Source: a virus (Duplodnaviria; Caudoviricetes). Taken from it: 34,132 nucleotides of DNA. Position numbers and translations under genes: made by a program. Below are positions 1 through 9,776 of this stretch, in pieces. The stretch spans positions 1-34,132 of IMG/VR virus record IMGVR_UViG_3300042299_000163, one strand, 5' to 3'. Position 1 is the stretch's first letter, and each line of letters begins with the position of its first letter. Below the pieces are notes generated by a model that was given only the letters and a program-made list of their open reading frames with translations, was not told the origin of the DNA and did no database searches.

Positions 1-297
1 TATACTTGTAAAAAGAATTGTAGAAGAAGCAAAAGCCGCCAAAGAAAGAACTGGAACCAATTCTATGACTTTAGCATTTCTAATTTTTTGATTTAAAACA
101 GCACCATTATCTACAATAAAACCATCAACCACAATCAAAAGACCATCAAATTTTTCTCTTAGTTTGTTAATTTGTTTTCCAAAGTTATCGAAGTTCGCCG
201 ATATACAAGATATCAATTCGTCAAAAGAATCAACTTTTGCTTCGAAAGATGCACAAGCTATCTTCTGTAATAGGCCATGTAAAATAACTTGTTTCAT
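1..297 (-). CDS. Tail assembly protein, lambda gpI-like (ubiquitin-like fold); truncated by window edge
   Basis: Not in the ORF track. Manual translation from ATG at 297 gives MKQVILHGLLQKIACASFEAKVDSFDELISCISANF...VIELVPVLSLAAFASS, open to base 1. The N-terminal VxLxGxL and the IxLVPV motif before a hydrophobic stretch match gpI. It follows the L and K homologs. Confidence 0.75.
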   Translation of the reverse strand, partial: MKQVILHGLLQKIACASFEAKVDSFDELISCISANFDNFGKQINKLREKFDGLLIVVDGFIVDNGAVLNQKIRNAKVIELVPVLSLAAFASSTILFTSI

Positions 298-655
298 GTT
301 TAATATTTACACTTAAAAATCGATCCCAATTTAAACTATATATTATAATAGGAATATCGTAATTTTTAATAAAAAAGATATCCTCTTTAGATGGATTCAA
401 TAAATGTAGGTGGCTATGGAAAGAAAATAAAAACTGTTTTCTTATTAGTTTAAGAAAGAAATCGTTAGGAGGAAAAAATCTATGACAACTCGGATTATCA
501 CTTGTATATTTATAAATGTTATAATCTTTATCTACTAATCCTCCAGATTCAAATGGATAATTAGATAATAAAAAAGTTTTAATCTCTTCTAAAGCTTTGT
601 TAAGTTTGATAATTGTAAGGTCTTGTTCCTGGAAATCCTCCAAAAGGTAATCCAT
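230..655 (-). CDS. JAB/MPN metalloprotease, lambda gpK N-terminal-like tail assembly protein (no NlpC/P60 domain)
   Basis: JAMM motif E(SGG)...FHSH-x5-PSxED; lies between gpL and gpI homologs. Confidence 0.8.
   Translation of the reverse strand: MDYLLEDFQEQDLTIIKLNKALEEIKTFLLSNYPFESGGLVDKDYNIYKYTSDNPSCHRFFPPNDFFLKLIRKQFLFSFHSHLHLLNPSKEDIFFIKNYDIPIIIYSLNWDRFLSVNIKHETSYFTWPITEDSLCIFRSKS
307..313 (-). promoter_or_regulatory. AGTGTAA element (putative late promoter) before the gpI-like gene
   Basis: AGTGTAA-N9-ATG(297). Confidence 0.6.
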
Positions 656-1676
656 CTTTATGCCCTTTCCATCTAAAAGCGCAGCCCTTTATATTCTTAG
701 AGCAAGAATCTTTTATCCAAAACTCTTTATTTAATTTAGGATCTTTATTAATATTAGTAAGTATACAAACATATACAGATATTGAAATATTGTCTTCTGA
801 AAATTGAAATTTGCTTCCAAAGAAATCGTAATTTACAGAATCCGCATAAACAACAAATTCACCAGAATTGTAAGTTTTAGTTGAATCCCAAAATGCTTTA
901 TAAGCTTGATTTGGTATCTGTAATCCATATCCTTGCGGAGAGTAAAATAATTTATTATTTTCGTCTGCAAATGGAATTCCTAAATTTGGAACTTTTTCTC
1001 CAAAAATATCACTTGCTGTTTTTGTGATTACTTGATTATTAGAATCTGTATAAGTTATTGTTTGAGGCTGTCCAGACTGATCTTTCCAAGGAAGCTTTCC
1101 ATAGTTGCATCCGCATCCTCTATAAGACCAAGAACATAGATTGTCTGATATTTTTCTATTAGGTAAAAACTGATTCTCAAAATCTAAAGGACTTGAAAGC
1201 TCAAATTCTATAATATACTTATTCTCTGTAGTCTTACGATTTATAATATAATTTTCTTCAAAGAAAGACTGACCATACCCTTGCACAGAATTTCTTTTTG
1301 TTCTATATCCGAAAAAAGGATTTTTGCCATCTGAAAAGTTTTCGTCATCAAGATTCTTTACGAATACTTTTAAACGTTTTAATCTTGAATTGACTAAATC
1401 ATTTTTATTTTTAATTACATTAGTTATCAGACCATTTATGTTTGCCAATCTTATAGATGGTCTGCTTTGTTTTCCATCGGATGAAAACTCAAATCCACCA
1501 TACTCAATAGGAGCAGGTGTATATTGATTTCCTTTATAAACTATATATTTATTAAAATTTTTACCAGCATGAAATCGCAATATACCAGTAGATTCATCTA
1601 TGTAAATCTCAAAAAGATCTACAAAAGAATCAGGATCTAAATCTATTAAAGACTGAGTTGAAATTAAATCTGCCAT
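600..1676 (-). CDS. Minor tail protein L (lambda gpL-like, Fe-S-binding tail tip protein)
   Basis: LFEI...LRFHAG, YxPxPIExxGFE..G.QxRPxIxxAN, FELSSPLD...LPxR, C-x-W-x-Y-R-x-x-x-C, DxCSKxxxGCxxR and terminal LPFGGFPG, all gpL hallmarks. Confidence 0.92.
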   Translation of the reverse strand: MADLISTQSLIDLDPDSFVDLFEIYIDESTGILRFHAGKNFNKYIVYKGNQYTPAPIEYGGFEFSSDGKQSRPSIRLANINGLITNVIKNKNDLVNSRLKRLKVFVKNLDDENFSDGKNPFFGYRTKRNSVQGYGQSFFEENYIINRKTTENKYIIEFELSSPLDFENQFLPNRKISDNLCSWSYRGCGCNYGKLPWKDQSGQPQTITYTDSNNQVITKTASDIFGEKVPNLGIPFADENNKLFYSPQGYGLQIPNQAYKAFWDSTKTYNSGEFVVYADSVNYDFFGSKFQFSEDNISISVYVCILTNINKDPKLNKEFWIKDSCSKNIKGCAFRWKGHKDGLPFGGFPGTRPYNYQT

Positions 1677-1677
1677 A

Positions 1678-3300
1678 TTATGTAGATGTTTTCTTTATTT
1701 TACCAACTATATTAATTTTATCAGTAATAGAATAATACATATCAGTAGATTGAAATTCTACTGGCGAAGAAAAGGTTATTTTTTCTTGATATTTTCTAGA
1801 AAGGTAAGATAAAACTTTAGGTATATCCGACGATTTTAAATCTGTATATACCAAAACTTCATATATTTTATTGGAATAATAGCACCTTGCAACTCCATTT
1901 ATATATTTTATAGGAGATCCTAAAATTATTTTAATTGTTTTGTCTTGCAACATATTAAGAATATCTTGATTTAATTGATTATTGGAAATAAAAGAAGATA
2001 TTTCTGATCCGCAACTATAAGTGGTAGACGCTTGGCTAGTATTAGATTCATTTCTAGAAATCGTTTTTTCTATTCCATGATAAAAAATACCAAACTTTGT
2101 TTTATTTTTAATTTCATTTTTTACAACATCTGTACCATACTGATCTTGCATATAACTTCTACTACCTATTCTATTATACGAAACATCGATAGGTAAAGAT
2201 GCAAACTGCTCTGATAAAAACTTTCCTTCTGTACTGAAACCTACATTATTTAAAGTTTCTTTTTGATCAATAGTTATTTTTTTACCTATATTAAATTTAG
2301 TTCCGAATGAAGGATTTGAAAAAACAGTATTATAATCTGTAAAACTTGACAAAGACTGTTCTGTTGTAATAGATAATTTATTCGAACCATCTAATTCAAC
2401 ATCTTGAATTGTTGCGCTTGATCCGACTGGAAAAACAATCAAACTATTTTTTGCAGAAGAAGGTGTATTTATTTCTTTTGTTATAGATAATGTATAAATA
2501 TTTGAAGGATCTTTTTGAGTTATTGTAGCATTGATGCCAAAATAATTATTTGGATGAGATATGTTAATTTTATCTCCAACTTGAAACTCATTATGGTAAA
2601 AACCTCCTGTTATTTGTGTAGATAAATCATCTTTTTGATAAGATATTTGCCCAGTGTTGTATGAGGCATAACCATCTGCTAAATCTGTTTGAGCTACATA
2701 AAAAATATAAATACTAGAATTAATATCTGCAAAATTAATCGATTTTTCTAAATAAAAACCGTCAGCCACAGAGGCTGAATTTCTCAATTCAAGATAATAT
2801 TTATTTAAATTTAACTCTGAATCTAATTGTGGAGTTAAAGAAGCTGAAGAAACAAATGTAAAATTTCCAACATTATTGCCATCATTTAAGATAGTGGAAC
2901 TACTAACGCCTCCAGTAAAAACATCAGAAAATTGTAAAAGTAGAGATCTATTATAAATATCTAAATCTCCATAAGGATTGTACTGTCCAATAGTAAAATT
3001 ACACTGATTAGAAACGTCAGTTTTGAAATCTATAGCATATCCACAATCGTTTTCATTTTTTATTTCAGTTGTAGTATGATTTGTTATGCTTGCCGACGCT
3101 AAAGATAGCTCTGAGCTATTTATGTTGGCTTTAGCTAATACAACTTTAGGTTTATAACTTTTTTCTCCAAAAGATCCCCCCTGACCACCTTGCAATATTA
3201 TCAAAGAAGACAATTCAGGTTTCTCCTCTTGTTCTTTTTTAGTTATTTCTGAAAGAATTTCTTTTTCTACCACTAAATTTTGAGTTTGTATAAAAGGCAT
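1678..3300 (-). CDS. Virion structural protein, possible LamG/ConA-like lectin domain
   Basis: 540-aa S/T/N-rich ORF in the tail-tip operon; C-terminal IYEVLVYTDLKSSDIPKVLSYLSRKY resembles the end of phage LamG-like domains. Confidence 0.45.
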   Translation of the reverse strand: MPFIQTQNLVVEKEILSEITKKEQEEKPELSSLIILQGGQGGSFGEKSYKPKVVLAKANINSSELSLASASITNHTTTEIKNENDCGYAIDFKTDVSNQCNFTIGQYNPYGDLDIYNRSLLLQFSDVFTGGVSSSTILNDGNNVGNFTFVSSASLTPQLDSELNLNKYYLELRNSASVADGFYLEKSINFADINSSIYIFYVAQTDLADGYASYNTGQISYQKDDLSTQITGGFYHNEFQVGDKINISHPNNYFGINATITQKDPSNIYTLSITKEINTPSSAKNSLIVFPVGSSATIQDVELDGSNKLSITTEQSLSSFTDYNTVFSNPSFGTKFNIGKKITIDQKETLNNVGFSTEGKFLSEQFASLPIDVSYNRIGSRSYMQDQYGTDVVKNEIKNKTKFGIFYHGIEKTISRNESNTSQASTTYSCGSEISSFISNNQLNQDILNMLQDKTIKIILGSPIKYINGVARCYYSNKIYEVLVYTDLKSSDIPKVLSYLSRKYQEKITFSSPVEFQSTDMYYSITDKINIVGKIKKTST

Positions 3301-3302
3301 AA

Positions 3303-6143
3303 TTAAGAAGATTTTAAAGGATATACAGAACCTTGAACTTTAAAAAGATTAGCCAATACATAAGGAACAGAAGGCTTATTTACTTCTGCGTCTTGTGTAT
3401 ATTCTAGATTAGCAGTATAATATCCAGAACCAAAAGCTGTTGCTGGACTTCCATAAACTAATCCAGATGGAATAACCGCTGGATCAAAGAAATCATAAAA
3501 AATAGAAGCCCCAACCGTAGAAGTATAACTTTTATTGATTATTTGTTGAGCGCTAAGATTAAAATTTTCAAATAAATTATTTATATCTTGTGTATTGTAT
3601 TTGGTATTTGTTGGAATATCAAATATTCCAGACGCTGACAATGAAGATTGTCTAAAAACTTCTTTTAGTGTTGAAAATTTATTATTTGTTACATTAAGAA
3701 CGTCTCTTATTCCAATATTATCACCCGCTCCTCCTCCAGCTATAATATAAGAACTTTTATCCAAATAAAGATTTAAATCGCCACTACAATTTACATACAA
3801 GGCATTTTTTCCTGTTTTTACTGGATCGGAATCTGTCGATAACTTACTTGTGCTTCCACCTTTAGCATAGATATTTGAGTTATTAAATAAATTAATAGTT
3901 AAACCACTATTTAAACTAGAATAATTTCCTGTTATTATGCAGCAGCCTGTATTGTATACATCATAATTATCAGATATACTATCGGCACCGATAAACACAT
4001 TATCTAAGTTTAAAACTATTCCTGAATAAAAATCAAACCTATCTGCATATGTAAAGTTTTTCTTAATGTAATCATAAACATCTAAATAATCAAACTTTTG
4101 AGATTTAATTGTCCTGCTTTCAATCTTCTTTGTTAATCTTAAATTTGGTGGCGTAGATCCAATTTGATTTAAAACACCTGTCGTTAATCCACTGAATACT
4201 GCCTCATAACCTTTAACCGGATCTGAAGAAGGCCAAGAATTTATTTCACTAACTCCACTTGCAAAAACGGCTTGACCAGTGGTATTAGTATATGTATCAT
4301 TCATGCCACTTATTGTGACATAATAATCTGTATTAAAACTTAAATCTGTAAAAAGCATTTCATATGTAGTAATTCCTGGAGTTCCAACGTCATATAAATA
4401 GTTTGAAGTATTTAATGGAATCGCTACGTTTTTTCCTGTTACAGACAAAAGAGGAGAAAATCCACTATTCATTGATATTCTTCCAGAAAATCCTGTAAAG
4501 AAATATCCAGATTCAGGAAGTGTCCAACGAGTTAAAAGAGCTAATTTATTTTCATATAAAACAGGCGAAGCTACGCAGTTTTGAACTCCAGATAAGAAGT
4601 TATAAGGAGCCGCCGATCCAGCACTTACTTTTGATCCTGTATAATATATTTGAAAATCATTTCCAACTGTTCCAAAATTATCTTGGGATTGCCCCACATT
4701 AAAATATCCATATATTTGATCTGGACCTGTTCTATTTTGTGGGTGTTGAAATATTATATTAAAATACCCCGTACTACCCGCTCTTACATCAATCGTCGCA
4801 CTTTCTGAAGAATCGTGATAAAAGAAATTTGTTGTTGGAGTAGATTGTTCTACTTTATTTAAAATAGAATATGAAGCTGGATATCTTAATCCACTATTTA
4901 TAATACCATATTCTCTACTTGTTTGAAACCCTGCTGGTAAAAAACCAAAGTCAAAACCAGTTGGAGTTAAATAAGTTTTAAAATCGAATACTCTGTCAAA
5001 AGAAAATTTAGACTCAATGAATCTTGCGGTTATAGAATTATTGTCTAAGAAATTATAAGTATGACTCCATTCTGGACAATAAAAAGATCTTGTTCCAGTA
5101 AAGAATGTGTACATGTCATAATCAAAAAGATCAATTCCATTATGGTTTTCCAAGAAATGTAAAATTGCTTTCGCTTGTTTATCTGATCTGTTATTAAAAG
5201 TTAAAGAAAAATCAAAAGAATTTGAGTTAATACCGTCGTTCTGATATAAATAAAAATTTCCTAAATCGTTTTTATAACTATTAGAATTAAATTGAAGCTG
5301 CTGTGCATTGTCTGGCTGAAAATAAAATTTTTGAGTCCAAAACGAATTGCTAGTTGCTGGACTTATTCCTACAACAGGTTCATCTCCAGCGTCTCCGCTA
5401 AAATAATAAAATCCATTTTTTGATCCTGCATTATTCAAGAAAACATAATCATCTTTAGAATATGGTTTATTATTGTCAAAATCACATGCTCCGTATGGTA
5501 TTAATTTTTCTTTCCATTCTGTTATTGAAACAAATGGAGATTCCAAGCTTAGAGTGACAGAATTTAAATCAACCATTTCAAAATTATTATCTATAGTTTT
5601 AAGATAATAAGGTCTTACTTTTGAATGCGGAGGAAACAAAGCAGTCTCAATCGGCAACAATCCTTGACCGCTAGACTGGGCAGGTTTTACAAATGATTGT
5701 TGATAAAAATGATTTAAAGCTTTTGCTTCAGTATCTGTTATATTACTAAATTGTAATTTCGCGTCTACTTGAACCACGTTCTCACTTTTACCAATGATTA
5801 CAGTATAATCATCTTGAAATTTATTTTCATAAAAATTAGCTTTAAAATTTACGCTTGATCCATAAGTAGGAACAAAGAAAAATTTATTTGTCCAATAATA
5901 ACCACTATTGTTTCCATCTGGACGATTAAAGAAAAAGTTTTCTCCAGAAGGTAAATTAGTTTTACAATAAAAATATCCAGTAGTAAATGGCGCAGCGACT
6001 ACTCTTGAGTTTCCCTTGTCATCTATGTATGTGCCGGGATTTATTCCAGTATAATATACAACATCAAATTCATTAAAAGTCACTCCCGTTTCGTAAAACG
6101 GAATGTTTGGCATCAATATTCTATAATCGTTAATCGCTTTCAT
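3303..6143 (-). CDS. Distal tail protein (lambda gpM-like) with two tandem gpM domains plus C-terminal Ig/FN3-like and Gly-rich extensions
   Basis: Two copies of W-T-x-K-F-x-F-x-P...LxFxNxxDxxAKA(L/I)xHF; the second is canonical (DGINS...FLENHNGIDLF...FYCPEWS...ITARFIES). An FN3-like segment (RWTLP...FTDLSFNTDYYVTISGMN) follows. Confidence 0.8.
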   Translation of the reverse strand: MKAINDYRILMPNIPFYETGVTFNEFDVVYYTGINPGTYIDDKGNSRVVAAPFTTGYFYCKTNLPSGENFFFNRPDGNNSGYYWTNKFFFVPTYGSSVNFKANFYENKFQDDYTVIIGKSENVVQVDAKLQFSNITDTEAKALNHFYQQSFVKPAQSSGQGLLPIETALFPPHSKVRPYYLKTIDNNFEMVDLNSVTLSLESPFVSITEWKEKLIPYGACDFDNNKPYSKDDYVFLNNAGSKNGFYYFSGDAGDEPVVGISPATSNSFWTQKFYFQPDNAQQLQFNSNSYKNDLGNFYLYQNDGINSNSFDFSLTFNNRSDKQAKAILHFLENHNGIDLFDYDMYTFFTGTRSFYCPEWSHTYNFLDNNSITARFIESKFSFDRVFDFKTYLTPTGFDFGFLPAGFQTSREYGIINSGLRYPASYSILNKVEQSTPTTNFFYHDSSESATIDVRAGSTGYFNIIFQHPQNRTGPDQIYGYFNVGQSQDNFGTVGNDFQIYYTGSKVSAGSAAPYNFLSGVQNCVASPVLYENKLALLTRWTLPESGYFFTGFSGRISMNSGFSPLLSVTGKNVAIPLNTSNYLYDVGTPGITTYEMLFTDLSFNTDYYVTISGMNDTYTNTTGQAVFASGVSEINSWPSSDPVKGYEAVFSGLTTGVLNQIGSTPPNLRLTKKIESRTIKSQKFDYLDVYDYIKKNFTYADRFDFYSGIVLNLDNVFIGADSISDNYDVYNTGCCIITGNYSSLNSGLTINLFNNSNIYAKGGSTSKLSTDSDPVKTGKNALYVNCSGDLNLYLDKSSYIIAGGGAGDNIGIRDVLNVTNNKFSTLKEVFRQSSLSASGIFDIPTNTKYNTQDINNLFENFNLSAQQIINKSYTSTVGASIFYDFFDPAVIPSGLVYGSPATAFGSGYYTANLEYTQDAEVNKPSVPYVLANLFKVQGSVYPLKSS

Positions 6144-7771
6144 GGTGTAAAAACATCATAAACTTTTGAACCATTGGCAATAAATGGGAAATTTATTAAA
6201 TAAATATTTTCGCTATCAGGTATAAACTCATCATTATTACGAGCGTAATTCATACGCGCAAGCAAATATTTCCATGTGCAATACGCTTTTAGACTATAAC
6301 ATGTTTTTGTATAAGATGGCGATATAATTTCTATACTTGGACTTTCAAATAAAGAACATTGAAAATCGCCATTCACTTCTGTATGTATATAATTAGTCCC
6401 TCTCGCTTGAAAGGCTAATTTATTTAGAACAGTAGGATCGTCTTCATATGAACATTCGTCTGAATTTGCAAAATTCGGAAATGGCAAAGGATCTAAAGCA
6501 CTAGCATCTAAAACATTTTGATTTACTCCCACAGAACACATAAAAAGGATTGGAACTGTCAGATTATTTGCGATTTTATTGGCCGCAAGGGAGACATCAT
6601 TATATTCTACTGTTTGTTGTAGATTTTTAGATTGTATTATATATTGTTTTCCATCTATTATTGAATTGTAATCAGCTGCTATTTTTATTTGAGATATTAT
6701 ATGTTTTTTATTTGAACAAGCATTTGGCAAATCATATGGTGTAACATATATATTAAACCAAATTAAATCAGGAGCCAATTCAGGAGCAGGAGGAATAATT
6801 GGTTGAACAAGCTCAGGTGGAGGCGGCATTGGTGGCTTTGGATTTGTTTGGCCTACTGGAGGAGTAGGAATACTTATATTTATAATAGGTTTTGAAACTT
6901 CAACAATTGCTGGATCATTAGTTCCAAAAGGTATATTAATTATATTTCTCTTTTTACTTATGTTTTGGATCATCTTTATAGATCCAACTCCATAACTAGA
7001 ATCAGAGATCGCATAATTTTGGTCCACAATTATTCCTGTCAAACTCATATTAGTATAAACTGAAGGATTTTGCGCGTCTTTTAAAACAGCATTAAATACC
7101 GCATCGTTTCCATGAATATCTAAAACTCCATCAATATTATTTGCAGTCACACCAAACTGAGCGTTAACCTGCCTCAAAGCTACTCTTAAAGGTATACTTT
7201 GTTTTACTCTTAAAAGAGGCTGTCTTTCTACGGTAAAAGAATAATTAAAATTGCTTACAATAAAATCATCATAATTATCAGGATAAGAAGATCTATTATT
7301 AGTTATTATATAACTTGATAGACCATTTAATGTCGCCAACTTATTTTTAACTTTTGTTGATCCATCAGCAGGACTAAATAAATTATGAACATCATTTAAA
7401 TTTGTATCCAAAGCCTTGATTCCGTGATAAAAATCAAAACTTGTACTAACTGCAATTGGCTGATAAGGTTCTACACTAAAACTTAAATCAGTCAAAAATG
7501 CACTTGGAATATTAAAATTATTAAAAGAAACCGAAATAGGAACATCAGATTGATTCTCAAGTTTTAGAAAGTCTGGCAACGCTCCTGTCAAATAAAACTC
7601 TGTAGAAAACTTTCCTTGAATAGGCCCATTTGGGGCGTAATCAATAAGATTGCCATTAATATCAAAAACAGGAACAGTATTAGCCTGAAGACCAAACGAT
7701 GCTGAATTAGAAGGGAAAATAGAATCGTTTAATCTTATCGCTGTCGTTTCAAATGTTAAAAATTTAGCCAT
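6140..7771 (-). CDS. Tail-tube-like paralog with Pro-rich linker and Cys-containing C-terminal domain
   Basis: N-terminal ~270 aa share beta-strand patterns with the major tail protein (AFLTDLSFSV; VSNFNYSFTVERQPLLRV), followed by IPTPPVGQTNPKPPMPPPPELVQPIIPPAP. Confidence 0.5.
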   Translation of the reverse strand: MAKFLTFETTAIRLNDSIFPSNSASFGLQANTVPVFDINGNLIDYAPNGPIQGKFSTEFYLTGALPDFLKLENQSDVPISVSFNNFNIPSAFLTDLSFSVEPYQPIAVSTSFDFYHGIKALDTNLNDVHNLFSPADGSTKVKNKLATLNGLSSYIITNNRSSYPDNYDDFIVSNFNYSFTVERQPLLRVKQSIPLRVALRQVNAQFGVTANNIDGVLDIHGNDAVFNAVLKDAQNPSVYTNMSLTGIIVDQNYAISDSSYGVGSIKMIQNISKKRNIINIPFGTNDPAIVEVSKPIINISIPTPPVGQTNPKPPMPPPPELVQPIIPPAPELAPDLIWFNIYVTPYDLPNACSNKKHIISQIKIAADYNSIIDGKQYIIQSKNLQQTVEYNDVSLAANKIANNLTVPILFMCSVGVNQNVLDASALDPLPFPNFANSDECSYEDDPTVLNKLAFQARGTNYIHTEVNGDFQCSLFESPSIEIISPSYTKTCYSLKAYCTWKYLLARMNYARNNDEFIPDSENIYLINFPFIANGSKVYDVFTP

Positions 7772-9744
7772 TACTGTGAAATGTAAGAACCAGCACTTGA
7801 ATCGGTATCTGAAACGTAAAAATATTCTGCCATTGTTGTTATGTTCATTGCTCCAGTCAAAGGAGTAAAGACCGTTCCGCCAGAACCATCATTTCTTAAA
7901 GCATAGGCTACCCAACTTCCATAATCGTAACGATTAAAAGCTAATTTGGTAACTGAGTTATTAAATTTATTTCCTACTGAAAAGTTATTTATTCTAGCTT
8001 TTAAATTTAAAAATCCTTGACCAGATATAACTCCAGAAACATAACAATGGTTTGATAGAGTTGGAGAATCGTAGTAATCATTAGAATAAGCATCCCAAAC
8101 TTGAAAAAATCTTTTATTAACACTAGTAGAAATTCCACTAACAAATGTTGTTCCACCAACATTGTTTAGCGTCATTCCGCTAAAATTATTAAATACTAAA
8201 TATCCAGTTCCATCAGATATTCCGCTATTTAATTGGCAAATAAAATCAACGCCAATTATTCTCCCTGAAGCTGGAAAAAGAGCATGGTACGCTGCGCTTC
8301 CAGATTGGTTGAATCCATAATCTATATTATCTAAATTTAAATAAACTGCACCGCCCGTTAAATTCGATGCGCGATGAATATCAATAAACTTACCATAACA
8401 AAAATTATCATCACTAGTATATAATCCTTTGTTATTTATATCTCCTTGATCTGAAATGGTGACTATGTTTCTTGAAGCGTCATAAACATTAGAAGCATTT
8501 CCAGTTTGAAAGAAGAATTGTCCTACTCTTGTTGTTGGACCAGAAGCTGGGCCAGAAGGACCAACTGTAGCTTTATCAAAATCGTATCCAATTATAAATG
8601 AGTTAAAATCACCTGATCCATAGGCAGTTGCAACATAATCAACTGGACCACTTGAAGTAGCATAATTACTTTGCATTCTTGAAAATGCAGATTGAGAATA
8701 ACTTTGGTAACGAGATAAAAATGAAGAAGTTCCAGTAACATCTAATGGATATGTAGGATCTATTCCTCCTAATCCTAATCTTCCGTTAGCCAAATCAAAA
8801 ATTACAGGATCAGTGGTATCAACAGTCGCCGCTGTCTTGTTTCTTGCAAAATGTAATTGCGAGACTGGCTGATTATACATTATTGAAGCCGTAAGATTTG
8901 GAAGTGTTCCTGTATTTCTAAAAAATAAATTAGGAACACCAGCATCTTCTATCAATAATGTTTTATAAGGAGAACCGTCAACGACAACATTTGAAATCGT
9001 TAGTCTTGCGTCTGTGTTTCTATTTGTGTTTCCAACTCTTACTGTAGCATCATCTTTGTCTACGAATACAGCACCACTAAGACCAAAAAATGCTCCAGTA
9101 ATTGTATTTGCTCCTGTATTATATCCTATATAAACATCAGAATCAAAATTAATTCCACTAGTACTTAATGTAATATCTCCAGCGTTAGTATTATCATCGA
9201 AACTAAATCTTATGCCTGTTGCTACAGAAAACTGAATATTAACATCCGAATCTACTGTATCATAAGAATATAAAGACCCATCCGTAATTAAAATAGATCC
9301 ATCATTTGAAATTAAAAGACTATTGTTTTGAATATTTGTGCTAAATACTCCGCTGATAGAAAAATTATTGTATCCATCTTTTAAAAGATACCAAGAACCT
9401 GTTTCATCATAAAATCTAATTGCGCCACTTGCTCCAGTATGATTCTGAAGAGTGAAAACATTATTAATTCCAGAAGCCCCACTAATATGAAACGCTGACA
9501 ATGGAGAAAAAGATCCAGTTGGCGATATCGCAATATATCTATTACTATTAACTATTCGTATTACTGGCGTATCTTGAATTCCAAACAACATGTCATTTCC
9601 AGAAACAGGTTGTACAAAATTAAAGTTTTTTGACAAATCCTCAAAAGATACAACTTGAGAAGCTGCGCCCGAATAGCTCAAAAGAAACAAAGCGTTTTGA
9701 GGTATCGAAGATACTTGATCTAGATCTGGAATTGTTTCTGCCAT
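7771..9744 (-). CDS. Tail fibre/spike-like protein
   Basis: N-terminal IPDL...VSFEDL attachment-like segment; repeats of the GxVGIGxxxPxxxL(D/H)(V/I)xG type (GRLGLGGIDPTYPLDVTG, VRVGNTNRNTDARLTIS, SPLSAFHISG); G/S/T/N-rich. Confidence 0.6.
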   Translation of the reverse strand: MAETIPDLDQVSSIPQNALFLLSYSGAASQVVSFEDLSKNFNFVQPVSGNDMLFGIQDTPVIRIVNSNRYIAISPTGSFSPLSAFHISGASGINNVFTLQNHTGASGAIRFYDETGSWYLLKDGYNNFSISGVFSTNIQNNSLLISNDGSILITDGSLYSYDTVDSDVNIQFSVATGIRFSFDDNTNAGDITLSTSGINFDSDVYIGYNTGANTITGAFFGLSGAVFVDKDDATVRVGNTNRNTDARLTISNVVVDGSPYKTLLIEDAGVPNLFFRNTGTLPNLTASIMYNQPVSQLHFARNKTAATVDTTDPVIFDLANGRLGLGGIDPTYPLDVTGTSSFLSRYQSYSQSAFSRMQSNYATSSGPVDYVATAYGSGDFNSFIIGYDFDKATVGPSGPASGPTTRVGQFFFQTGNASNVYDASRNIVTISDQGDINNKGLYTSDDNFCYGKFIDIHRASNLTGGAVYLNLDNIDYGFNQSGSAAYHALFPASGRIIGVDFICQLNSGISDGTGYLVFNNFSGMTLNNVGGTTFVSGISTSVNKRFFQVWDAYSNDYYDSPTLSNHCYVSGVISGQGFLNLKARINNFSVGNKFNNSVTKLAFNRYDYGSWVAYALRNDGSGGTVFTPLTGAMNITTMAEYFYVSDTDSSAGSYISQ

Positions 9745-9756
9745 ATATATATTAAT

Positions 9757-9763
9757 TTACACT
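9757..9763 (-). promoter_or_regulatory. AGTGTAA element before the fibre-like gene
   Basis: AGTGTAA-N12-ATG(9744), in a 32-nt intergenic gap. Confidence 0.65.
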
Positions 9764-9776
9764 CTATTTTTTTAAA

